Positions 1 through 8,063 of a stretch of 11,886 nucleotides of DNA are shown here, in pieces. Positions within the stretch are counted from its first letter, which is position 1. The number at the start of each line of letters is the position of its first letter. The DNA comes from a virus: UHGV virus genome UHGV-0180981. One strand, given 5' to 3'. Both the position numbers and the translations under genes were made by a program. The notes beneath the pieces are model-generated. The model did no database searches, was not told the DNA's origin, and was given only the letters and a program-made list of their open reading frames with translations.

Positions 1-76
1 GCGAAATCGGTAGACGCAGTTGATTCAAAATCAACCGTAGAAATACGTGCCGGTTCGAGTCCGGCCTTCGGCACCA
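1..76 (+). tRNA. leuX: tRNA-Leu (anticodon CAA), 3' portion; the first ~9 nt of the gene lie upstream of the window
   Basis: Sequence matches the recognised leuX tRNA from D-arm onward: anticodon loop with CAA at 26-28, long variable arm, T-arm GGTTCGAGTCC, acceptor 3' end GGCACCA ending at 76. Confidence 0.9.
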
Positions 77-77
77 A
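46..77 (+). repeat. Left copy of 32-bp direct repeat (tRNA 3' end; attL-like core)
   Basis: CGTGCCGGTTCGAGTCCGGCCTTCGGCACCAA is repeated exactly at 10288-10319; flanks diverge immediately outside the repeat. Confidence 0.8.
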
Positions 78-556
78 GTCACTAAATTCCTTACAATACA
101 GCTGGTTAGACGATTAAATCTGTCTCTTTTGCCTGTAAGAAATGCTCTGTTATGTCCCTTGAAAAAGCCGCTGTGGTTGATAGTGGTAATTGGGATGTTA
201 ACTCATAGCGGCGTGTCGTTCCAGGCGTCAAACACGTACTGACTCAACTTGAAAGCTATGACGTAGCCACCGTCTCTAAACAATCCCAAAAACTTTTAGT
301 GAAGCGCATTTTAGCCCGATGCCCCCGTTCTGTCGCCGTCGCGAGACGCCGCAGGGGATAAACAGGTTTATGGTGGTCACGGTACTTGCAGACCATATGC
401 AAGCTCTGCCAGCGGTTCGGCCTCGCTCCCCTTGGGTACATGGTCATCCTGATAAGCCTCACTAACTGACATAACCCTGATGAAGTCGCCAGAGGCTCCG
501 CTTGTTGTCTTACCACCAACGGGGCTTTATGGATTCTATTGCGGTATGTTTGAAAG

Positions 557-580
557 CGCGCGGGGGTTCATTCCCGCGCG
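557..580 (-). terminator. GC-rich hairpin 10 bp downstream of the 304-aa ORF stop (weak U-tract)
   Basis: CGCGCGGG (557-564) pairs with CCCGCGCG (573-580) around an 8-nt loop; on the minus strand only about 3 U follow, so intrinsic termination is uncertain. Confidence 0.35.
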
Positions 581-589
581 TCCGGCGCT

Positions 590-1504
590 TTATGGTAAGT
601 ATTTAAGTATTTCTGCTGCCCAGTTTACACGGTGGATGACACGGGCATGGTGCAAGTTTCCGTCTAGTATTTCGGCTTTAGTTAGCTGGGATAACTGCTG
701 CCAATTATTGTTAAGTATATAAGTTGCGTTATTACATTGTGAGCTTTCTAGCACGTAAATGTTTTGGCCTGTGAACCCAAATATCACGTAGCCTTGGAAC
801 CCAGCTTGCCCAACCGCTACGAAATCTGGTTTTTTACTATTGATAAGTTCAAGTCTGCCTTCAACAACAGCGGTATTGCCCTTTCCCCTGATCTTAATAG
901 CTGAAAGGATTTTTGAACCGATAGTACTCCAAGGCTGTTGACCCTGAGGCAGGAGGCTCCAGTTTAGTTTTATAGATTTACTTTTAACGATGGTATTAAG
1001 TTGGTCGTCAACAGTTTCGCACAACCCAAAAAGCTCTAAAAAAAGATTAATGCAGTGAGCCACTAACTCTTTGTTGTTAGCTGTCAAACTTAGCTTTGGA
1101 GAGATGATCAACTTCTCCCCTTGCAGATTCTCTACAATCTTTAACTCTATGCTTGGTGGAGGGGTGAGGATTCTCTTGTAGCGCTTATACTCAATTTCAC
1201 GAGTGTCAGTAACTTCTTGAGTTGCGCCCCCTCCGATCCATTGCTTTCTAGTCCATGAAATTTGTCTGTATGCAGTTTCTTTAGGTGCTGTTTTGTCAGG
1301 TACTGATTTGCCATTAGCATTGAATCTGGTTATTGGCCCTAAAATTTTGGGGAGGACTTCTTCACCTAAAGCTCTTTGACTTGAGAAACCAATAGAGTCC
1401 GTTTTCCCCGCATCTGGCAAAGAATGTGCAATGTAGATATCACGGCCATCAAAGTTAGGTATGTAATTATCAATATTTCGAATACGCTTTTTCTGAATAA
1501 GCAT
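590..1504 (-). CDS. Hypothetical protein, 304 aa, no recognisable family; AT-rich foreign-looking cargo gene
   Basis: Longest ORF in the AT-rich arm; ATG start with AGGAA about 8 nt upstream on the minus strand; hairpin follows the stop; no motifs recognised by eye. Confidence 0.6.
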   Translation of the reverse strand: MLIQKKRIRNIDNYIPNFDGRDIYIAHSLPDAGKTDSIGFSSQRALGEEVLPKILGPITRFNANGKSVPDKTAPKETAYRQISWTRKQWIGGGATQEVTDTREIEYKRYKRILTPPPSIELKIVENLQGEKLIISPKLSLTANNKELVAHCINLFLELFGLCETVDDQLNTIVKSKSIKLNWSLLPQGQQPWSTIGSKILSAIKIRGKGNTAVVEGRLELINSKKPDFVAVGQAGFQGYVIFGFTGQNIYVLESSQCNNATYILNNNWQQLSQLTKAEILDGNLHHARVIHRVNWAAEILKYLP

Positions 1505-1636
1505 GGATCGTTCCTTTTGATTTTATCTTACTGTTTACATAACCAACCAAGCCGGGCACAATCGAGCCGTTAGAAACGATAGTGAGGCTAACAATCGTTA
1601 TGAGTTTGCAGACTCATGGCGGTCATGCTTCATAGA

Positions 1637-1667
1637 CCGGATTCACGCAGGTGACTCCGGTTTTTTT
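1637..1667 (+). terminator. Rho-independent terminator (plus strand)
   Basis: CCGGA-T-TCAC / GTGA-C-TCCGG stem with 4-nt loop, followed by a run of 7 T (1661-1667). Confidence 0.55.
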
Positions 1668-2338
1668 ATGCCCATCATTTATACATGGGCACAACATATA
1701 GGGTGTGTTAATAAGATTACCCCCTACATGTTCAGCATTCTAGTTAGGATTCTTTGCAGTACAAGGGTTGATTTTGAGGTTAAATTGAGGTTGTCAAAGG
1801 GAAATTTCGACCAACCCTACGTGCCGTAAGGCTTAGGCTGTATGTCAATGTTTCAGAAAAAAAAATGAAAATTTGATCGAGTGCTGATTTCTTTAGCACG
1901 AGAACATGAGAACGAACCAAAATATTGCAAAGTTTTGAACAAAACTTGAACTGCCTCGTGTCTCCATAGCCAAGACGAATGCAGTTTAAATAAGCTAAGT
2001 CAGCTCTCAAAAGTCCTTTATGACCCGAACCAAAAAATGTACCTCTTAAACCCCACCGCAAGCGGCTCTCCGGGGTTTGTGCGCGTGGAGTAATGCGGTT
2101 GTACTGGGTATGTGCGCACAACCCTCTACAAGCCGCATTCTACCGTTAGCCTATAGCTGAATCCCCGGCTTGAAAAATTGTACGCTTATGGTTGCCCCTC
2201 CCTCAACTGTATAGCTCGCCCGCGCCCCCGTGCGCATGTGCGTGCCCGCGCGTCAGGGGTCGCTGAGAAAACCCTAAGATTTTGCTCATCCGAGACAACC
2301 GTTGCAGGCGCGTGTTGCCGAGGGCACACTGCTAGTGT

Positions 2339-2448
2339 TTGATGGTGTCATCAATCGTTCGATTTTTGCTACCTTCCTGAGTGATTACTATCTGGTGTCA
2401 TCAATTTAGGGTTTGACTAAATGCTACCACCAATGCAATGATGCTACC
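2339..2448. promoter_or_regulatory. Repeat cluster upstream of serine recombinase gene (candidate res/operator sites)
   Basis: TGGTGTCATCAAT exact direct repeat at 2343-2355 and 2393-2405; first copy sits in inverted repeat TTGATG-gtgt-CATCAA (2339-2354); TGCTACC three times (2367-2373, 2422-2428, 2442-2448). Confidence 0.4.
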
Positions 2449-2479
2449 GTTTTGTGATACCAGACGGGTGAGGTGAACC

Positions 2480-3055
2480 ATGAGGACTTTTATCTATTGC
2501 CGCGTTTCAACACGCGAGCAGGATACGCAGAATCAGGTGCTGGCTATTGAGCGTGCCGGGTATAAGGTGCCGGAGAGCAGGGTAATCAGTGAGGACATTT
2601 CCGGTAGCGTTCAGGCTATGCAGCGCCCTAAGTTTCGGGCGATGGTTGAGCATAAGCTGGAAGCGGGAGATCAGCTTGTCGTGCTGAAACTGGACAGGCT
2701 GGGGCGCGACAACATCGACGTGCAACAGACCATCGACATGCTGTTAGAACGTGGCGTGAAGGTGGTGTCTCTTGACCTGCCTGCGCGTGATCTGACTTCA
2801 TCTGAGGGCAAGCTAATCCGCCAGATGTTTGGAGCCTTTGCTGAGTTCGAGCGAAACCGTATCCGTGAGAGGACGCTTGACGGGCTGGAGAAGGCGAAAG
2901 CCAATGGCGTTAAGCTGGGACGCAAGGAAGCCACCGACACCACTCAAAAGGTGCAGGAGCTGCGGAGTGAGGGGCTGTCTCAATCGAAGGTAGCGAAGCG
3001 TCTCGGAGTTAGTGTGAGCACCGTTAAACGCCACTGGAACAAGGGCGAGGGGTGA
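2480..3055 (+). CDS. Small serine recombinase (resolvase/invertase family), 191 aa
   Basis: N-terminal YCRVSTREQ catalytic-serine motif, LKLDRLGRD motif, C-terminal HTH (SQSKVAKRLGVSVSTVKRH); GAGGTG RBS about 8 nt upstream of ATG. Confidence 0.92.
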   Translation: MRTFIYCRVSTREQDTQNQVLAIERAGYKVPESRVISEDISGSVQAMQRPKFRAMVEHKLEAGDQLVVLKLDRLGRDNIDVQQTIDMLLERGVKVVSLDLPARDLTSSEGKLIRQMFGAFAEFERNRIRERTLDGLEKAKANGVKLGRKEATDTTQKVQELRSEGLSQSKVAKRLGVSVSTVKRHWNKGEG

Positions 3056-3994
3056 TGACCTACAAGCGAACGAGGTGCTACGACTGGCCGTTACTGGGCT
3101 GTGGGTGATGGATTACCTACAGCTTTTGTATTTATTTCAGAGGGTTATGTTATGCTTAATATCATAACGATATGATTTATAATGTATTTTCGTGTTACTT
3201 GCGGCTCTTGATGTGAAGAGGTGGCGGGGCTTTAGCCGTGCCAGACGATGAACATCGAGATCAGATTGTGAATGTGATTTATCACTGAACAATTCAAGGG
3301 ATGGGGCAGGGGAAGGGATCAAAGGCTGCGTTGTCCAATCACTAAGCTAGATTTGAAGCTGGTGAACACGTTACTAGTATCTTTAAAGTTGCATTTAAAA
3401 TGCATGTACAAAAAAGGGTTCTTCCCTTACATCCCTTCTCCTAAATGTAGTTACGAGTGCTTCGCTCTCTTCACTTGCTGCGCTTCTCGCTATGCTCCAG
3501 CCCGCTCCATCGCCTTTGGCTCATTCCCGGTCTTCGCCCGCTGCTGATGCTCGGCCACTCTACGCAACCGTGCTTGCCGTGGCAGGCAACGCGGCGGGAA
3601 GGTGTAGTGGTACGGTACTATGTATCGGTATTATTAATGTATTCAATCACATACTGTTATCAGTAGGTATCCTTCAAAACATCTTCATCCATTTCTGTAT
3701 CATTCAATCATCTTTCTTGTTCGTTTCCTTTCAGGTCTTAGCCGTTGTTCATTGGTCTTACTGCCTGCTGTGCTACTGCCAGCTATGGCACGCCGTTACG
3801 GTCTACTGTGTCACCTGTCCTACTGCGTTCACTGTCTGCCGTCTGTCATCCTGTCGGATTCCATCCGTCATCCGTTCCGCGCTCGCTTGTTTCGGCTGCG
3901 CCGCGCTCGCTCTGCGTATCTAGCGATACTCTATCACTATAGACACTTTCATAATTATCTAATGATTACAGTAACTTATATTTTTAATTTTAAA

Positions 3995-4255
3995 GGCTAC
4001 TAATAAGGAGATATAGAGCATTACTTTCCCGCTTTTGACCGACAAAAATCGCGTTGTTAAGTATTGCCAGCCCAGGCCCAGTAAGGCTTAGCGAGGTGGT
4101 GGTTAAAAATTGACCTAATGAAAGTATCTACTAAGGAGAAAGAATAACTCCCGAAGCGAGACAAACTCTCCGATTTTGAAAGTGACTATTAAGGCAGATA
4201 AAGACACTGACACTGTTGCCGACATGAAAACCTCTATAAGGGCAGAGAGTCTGCC
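3995..4255 (+). repeat. Four degenerate direct repeats (iteron/operator-like), core CTAnTAAGG(n)AGA
   Basis: Copies at 3995-4019, 4124-4150, 4182-4209, 4231-4255, all in the same orientation in non-coding DNA upstream of the helicase-led array. Confidence 0.5.
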
Positions 4256-4316
4256 GCACCTGTACCACCGCCCCAACCTGAGCTAATACCTACCCCTATT
4301 TTCTGGAGATTTCACC

Positions 4317-6161
4317 ATGCCAACAAACCTACGCCGCCTGCTTGCGCAGGCTGCCGACGCTGACCCGCTCAATACTGCGGACGCAGATGTACAGCAAATG
4401 ATCGCTGACGGGACTGTTATTCGACGTTCCAAGATATGCCCCGTAAAGCGTAAACCCGTTAAGGCGGCATACAACACAAAGACCGAAGAGTTTTATTACA
4501 ATGCTGATGGTTCCGCTATGACCCTGCGGGAGTGGCGAACGCTGCACGGTGTTCAACCGAAGAAGCAAAAACAGCGCTCTGACGCTGGGTTGCGGCAAGT
4601 CATCCAGCCCGGCGACGCGATTCACTGTCGACGCGCTGAGATTGAGCAATGGCTAAATAAAAAGCCTGCTCGTTATGTTGAACCACTGCCGCCAGATTTC
4701 CCCGGCGTTCGCGTAGACGAGGCTGCATTGAAACCGCGCGAGCACGCCGTGCCGGAATCAACAACCGGACAGAATGCTTTTCTCAAAGCCTGCCGCGAGT
4801 TTCTGATTTGCGACGAGAAGACCATGCGCCGCATTAACAGGGGCATGAATAAACTGGAAGCGATGCGCAATACAGATTTCAAACGCTACGGGAACTCAGC
4901 GGAGTTTCGTCAATTGTGGTGTGGAGAGTCGAAACCTACCGAGGATAAATTTAACAGTACAAATCATCATTGTGACCCGAACGGCTTGGCTGCATCGCCG
5001 TCTATGCCGTCACTGAATACTGTGCCGTATGAGTTCCGTCCGCTGGTTCGCTGTGACCGAAACGCACGCGTCAGCCTGCTGCCACCCGATGGGCTGGAGT
5101 GGAGGCCGGGACAGTTGTCTGTTGCTGATGCGATCTTTACCCGTGGTAGGGATGTGCTTGCCGTACTGCCGACCGGGTATGGCAAAAGCGCCGCCTTCAC
5201 TTATCCACTGATTTATGAGTCCCGCGCTGGCATTGGCCTGTCTGTAATCGTGGTTCCTACTAATACCCTTAAGCGTCAGATTCTCCGCCAGTTGCGGGAG
5301 GCTGGCATTCACGCCGTGGCCTTTGGCGATAAGCTACCGAGGCACCGCAACGCACAACAACTGGCGGGACTAGCAGCCGGGGCGTTCCGGCTTGCTGTTG
5401 TTTCGCCTGAACATCTGGTTCCGTCGAGTCAGGTTCTCGCGGCGCTGATGGCTTATGGCGTTGATCGTTTTATTATCGATGAGGCACACACGGTCAAAGA
5501 CTGGGATTTCCGCCCAGCTTACGACGCAATGCAGCACACACTACAGAATGCTTTTCCCTCGGCTCAACGTTGCGTGTTTACGGCTACTCTACTACGTGAA
5601 AATGAGCGCGGTTTAATGGAGGCGCTGGGGTGCCGTGGCAATTACGTCACATTCCGTGCTGATGTTGCTCGCGAGCATATCCAGTTGATTCCGGTCAGGC
5701 AGTGCCGCGAACGTTTCCGAGCGGCTATTGGTCTGGTCGAGGCTCTGCCGAAAGAAGAGAAGACGCTTATTCTCGTCAATGACCTTAAAACGTTGCGGGC
5801 GTACCTGAAACTCTTGGGCGACCGGGCGCGGCCATATCACTCGAAGACGATGCACCTGAGCAACGAGGAACGCCACGCAAACGCTGAGTGGTTTGCCTCT
5901 ACGCCGGGCGCGATTCTTATTGCTACTAAAGCCTTCGGGCTGGGTGCTGATGTTCCTGATATCCGTAACGTTGTCGTGACATACGTCCCCGATGATTTGC
6001 CTGATCTCGTTCAGATGATTGGACGAGCCGGGCGCGATGGGGAACCTGCCCGCGCTTTTCTGCTGTGGTCATCGCTGGCGCTGGATGTTGCGCCTGATGA
6101 GCTTGCTTACTTCTACCGCCCTGAAAACTGCAACTGGCAGTACATCGCTAAATACCTCTGA
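4317..6161 (+). CDS. RecQ-like superfamily 2 DEAH helicase with uncharacterised ~270-aa N-terminal domain, 614 aa
   Basis: Motif I LPTGYGKS, Ia VIVVPTNTL, II IIDEAHTV with DWDFRPAY, III FTATL, VI GRAGRDG; ends about 45 aa after motif VI, so no RQC/HRDC; GGAG RBS. Confidence 0.9.
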   Translation: MPTNLRRLLAQAADADPLNTADADVQQMIADGTVIRRSKICPVKRKPVKAAYNTKTEEFYYNADGSAMTLREWRTLHGVQPKKQKQRSDAGLRQVIQPGDAIHCRRAEIEQWLNKKPARYVEPLPPDFPGVRVDEAALKPREHAVPESTTGQNAFLKACREFLICDEKTMRRINRGMNKLEAMRNTDFKRYGNSAEFRQLWCGESKPTEDKFNSTNHHCDPNGLAASPSMPSLNTVPYEFRPLVRCDRNARVSLLPPDGLEWRPGQLSVADAIFTRGRDVLAVLPTGYGKSAAFTYPLIYESRAGIGLSVIVVPTNTLKRQILRQLREAGIHAVAFGDKLPRHRNAQQLAGLAAGAFRLAVVSPEHLVPSSQVLAALMAYGVDRFIIDEAHTVKDWDFRPAYDAMQHTLQNAFPSAQRCVFTATLLRENERGLMEALGCRGNYVTFRADVAREHIQLIPVRQCRERFRAAIGLVEALPKEEKTLILVNDLKTLRAYLKLLGDRARPYHSKTMHLSNEERHANAEWFASTPGAILIATKAFGLGADVPDIRNVVVTYVPDDLPDLVQMIGRAGRDGEPARAFLLWSSLALDVAPDELAYFYRPENCNWQYIAKYL

Positions 6162-6198
6162 GTCGAAAGGCTCTCCCTGATTCTCTGGAGTTAATCAT

Positions 6199-6636
6199 AT
6201 GCCTGTTACCGAACATGCGCAGCGTCGTGCTGCGCGTGCGGATGCGCTCATCACCGCACAACTAGCCTTCGCCCTGAATGGGTACAACTGGGATGAACTG
6301 GCCGAACCTCATCGCAAGACCCTTAATCGTGAGGCCATCATTCGCGAGGTATCTACACCGCTGGAGCGATATTGCCTGCTGAATGATTGCGAGCCGTGGG
6401 AGTGTCTGGCCGCTGTACTGAACCGCATGAAAAGGCCGGATGGCTCGCGTCGCTGGAAAGCCGTCCGTTTGTCCGACCGGGTTTTCAATGGCCGAGTGCA
6501 TCCAGTGCGCAAAACGCCTGATGAAGTTTACGCCGCCATTGCCCGCCGCTTGTTCCTGCCGAAGCCCGTGCATCAAGAAGTGATACAGCACATCCGTGCG
6601 CTTGGCTTGTTACCAATTGGAGACAACCACCAATGA
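6199..6636 (+). CDS. Hypothetical protein, 145 aa
   Basis: GGAG RBS 9 nt upstream; 37 bp after helicase stop; stop overlaps next start (ATGA). Confidence 0.6.
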   Translation: MPVTEHAQRRAARADALITAQLAFALNGYNWDELAEPHRKTLNREAIIREVSTPLERYCLLNDCEPWECLAAVLNRMKRPDGSRRWKAVRLSDRVFNGRVHPVRKTPDEVYAAIARRLFLPKPVHQEVIQHIRALGLLPIGDNHQ

Positions 6637-6842
6637 CGAAATCTGAATTTGAAAATGAAACATGGCGAATGAAGGGCTTGCTTCTTGGGGCGCTGATTCG
6701 CCGCCTTGAGGAAGATAAGGCTGGCGAGTCGCGCATGGTCGCAGCGGAGTTATCCAGTGCGGTCAACTTCCTTAAGGCCAACGCCGTAGAAGCGCCGGAC
6801 ACATCATTCAACAACGTGTTCCCGGAGGATGACGAGCAATGA
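6633..6842 (+). CDS. Hypothetical small protein, 69 aa
   Basis: ATGA overlap with upstream and downstream genes; GGAGA RBS. Confidence 0.55.
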   Translation: MTKSEFENETWRMKGLLLGALIRRLEEDKAGESRMVAAELSSAVNFLKANAVEAPDTSFNNVFPEDDEQ

Positions 6843-7015
6843 CCCCTGAACAATTCAGACAATGGTTCGCCACGCTGCCACCGAACTATCAGAGCACCGC
6901 ACGCACCATGTACGACAACGCCCGCAAGTCGGGCACACATACCGCGTCAAGCCTTGCGCTGATTCACACGTTGGTTACTGACCAGATCAAATTTGATTCG
7001 GAGTTTAATTTATGA
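6839..7015 (+). CDS. Hypothetical small protein, 58 aa (below the ORF-track length cutoff)
   Basis: Translated by hand: ATG at 6839 overlaps upstream stop (ATGA), stop at 7013-7015 overlaps next start at 7012 (ATGA); GGAGGA RBS about 9 nt upstream. Confidence 0.45.
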   Translation: MTPEQFRQWFATLPPNYQSTARTMYDNARKSGTHTASSLALIHTLVTDQIKFDSEFNL

Positions 7016-7575
7016 CTTTGAGTATTACCGATATCCAGCGCATTAACGCGCTGGCTCATAAGCACCTAAAGAACAATGAAGAGATTGCAGCGGAGACAGG
7101 TCATACCCTGACCGATATTGATGCTGTAATCCGTGGCGTCTATGTCGATGACTTGGCCGAACATTGGAAAGACGATGCTGATATTACTCTGGCGGAGTAC
7201 AACGCCATCCGCAGCCGCTATAAGCCCGGCAAGCTGCACCGCGATACAGAGTTTATGATTGCCCGCGATATGCTGATTCGCCCTGAGACTGTGCTGGCTA
7301 TCGCCCATTCCCGCTTTAGCAACGTCCACACTCACCCAGTGCCGAAAGCCGTCAAAGCAAAGCCGGAGAAAGCGAAAGTAGTGCGCAAGTTGGTGCCTAC
7401 TGATTTAGATGAAATTCACAAGTTAGAGCGCTTCGGTTGGCCTGCTGCGGAGATCGCCGGGAAGCTGGGCGTCCCTGTTGAGGTCGTCGCGCATGTGCAA
7501 CGCTGCCTGAGAAATCGTTGGTCGTACCCGGATACTCTGGAGTCTGTTAACTCCAAATTCAGCGAGGCTGAATGA
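7012..7575 (+). CDS. Hypothetical protein with putative HTH motifs, 187 aa
   Basis: GGAG RBS 8 nt upstream; HTH-like segments near N-terminus and in LERFGWPAAEIAGKLGVPVEVV; ATGA overlap at both ends. Confidence 0.6.
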   Translation: MTLSITDIQRINALAHKHLKNNEEIAAETGHTLTDIDAVIRGVYVDDLAEHWKDDADITLAEYNAIRSRYKPGKLHRDTEFMIARDMLIRPETVLAIAHSRFSNVHTHPVPKAVKAKPEKAKVVRKLVPTDLDEIHKLERFGWPAAEIAGKLGVPVEVVAHVQRCLRNRWSYPDTLESVNSKFSEAE

Positions 7576-7808
7576 TGGCAGAGAACGAACCTCTGCACCC
7601 CGCCGTTAACCCTGATCTCTACGTGAACCTTGACGAACAACGTGAAGGATACGCCCCGTTTGAATCACGCGGCTGGGATGTTCTGACAAAGAACCTGTCC
7701 GGGGAAGGGCGAACTGACCCCGGCCAAATGCTTAACCAGAATCCGAAACAACGCCCGCGCGGCTCCGTTGGTGAGCGTCGTTGGCTTCGTAAACGTGGAT
7801 TACTTTAA
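7572..7808 (+). CDS. Hypothetical small protein, 78 aa
   Basis: Start overlaps upstream stop (ATGA); basic C-terminus. Confidence 0.5.
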   Translation: MMAENEPLHPAVNPDLYVNLDEQREGYAPFESRGWDVLTKNLSGEGRTDPGQMLNQNPKQRPRGSVGERRWLRKRGLL

Positions 7809-7820
7809 CGAGGAATTACC

Positions 7821-8060
7821 ATGAGCAAAACTATCGTATTGCTGCCGCCACGCAAGAATACAGACTGGGCTGCGCAATTAAAGCTGATTTCTGAATCGCT
7901 TGAGGTGAGTCAGGCAGACCTCGCCCGCGCCTATCAGGTTGATCGTCGGGATATGGGTAAAGCGTATCACGGTGTGCGCAAACTGCCGGAACGTTGTGTG
8001 CCTGTTCATATGCTGTTGTTAGCGCAGGTACACGACTTTAGAGCATTATCAGGAGAATAA
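7821..8060 (+). CDS. Cro/YdaS-like HTH DNA-binding protein, 79 aa
   Basis: GAGG RBS; HTH followed by LPERC motif (SQADLARAYQV...GVRKLPERCVPV) resembling phage Cro/YdaS-type regulators. Confidence 0.6.
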   Translation: MSKTIVLLPPRKNTDWAAQLKLISESLEVSQADLARAYQVDRRDMGKAYHGVRKLPERCVPVHMLLLAQVHDFRALSGE

Positions 8061-8063
8061 TTT

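Noticed and set aside
256-722. ORFs 256-519 (-) and 480-722 (+)
   Set aside because: Short, no RBS, implausible composition; the plus one overlaps the 3' end of the 304-aa gene antisense.
1857-1865. A9 homopolymer as a phase-variation tract
   Set aside because: Lies in non-coding DNA with no downstream gene whose frame or promoter spacing it would obviously affect.
1780-2121. 113-aa minus-strand ORF
   Set aside because: Starts with TTG, no RBS, junk-like composition, in non-coding AT-rich DNA.
2480-3055. Serine recombinase as the island's integrase
   Set aside because: At 191 aa it is a small resolvase/invertase, not a large serine integrase; tRNA 3'-end insertion with a direct repeat is typical of tyrosine integrases.
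3149-3403. Short palindromes GTTATG-n8-CATAAC (3149-3168) and GCATTTAAAATGC (3391-3403)
   Set aside because: 6-bp arms in AT-rich DNA are expected by chance; no second copy or associated gene.
3353-4003. Overlapping plus-strand ORFs (64-143 aa) in three frames
   Set aside because: They exist because the strand is A-poor and so lacks stop codons; products are Cys/Leu/Ser-rich low-complexity, with no RBS and mutually overlapping frames.
3995-4255. Reading the TAAGGAG-containing repeats as ribosome-binding sites of tiny ORFs
   Set aside because: No ATG/GTG/TTG at suitable spacing after any copy; recurrence of the whole ~20-bp motif fits protein-binding repeats better.
4283-6940. Minus-strand and alternate-frame ORFs inside the helicase and the 6199-6842 genes
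   Set aside because: Antisense or shadow ORFs of GC-rich coding sequence; the sense frames carry conserved helicase motifs and RBSs.
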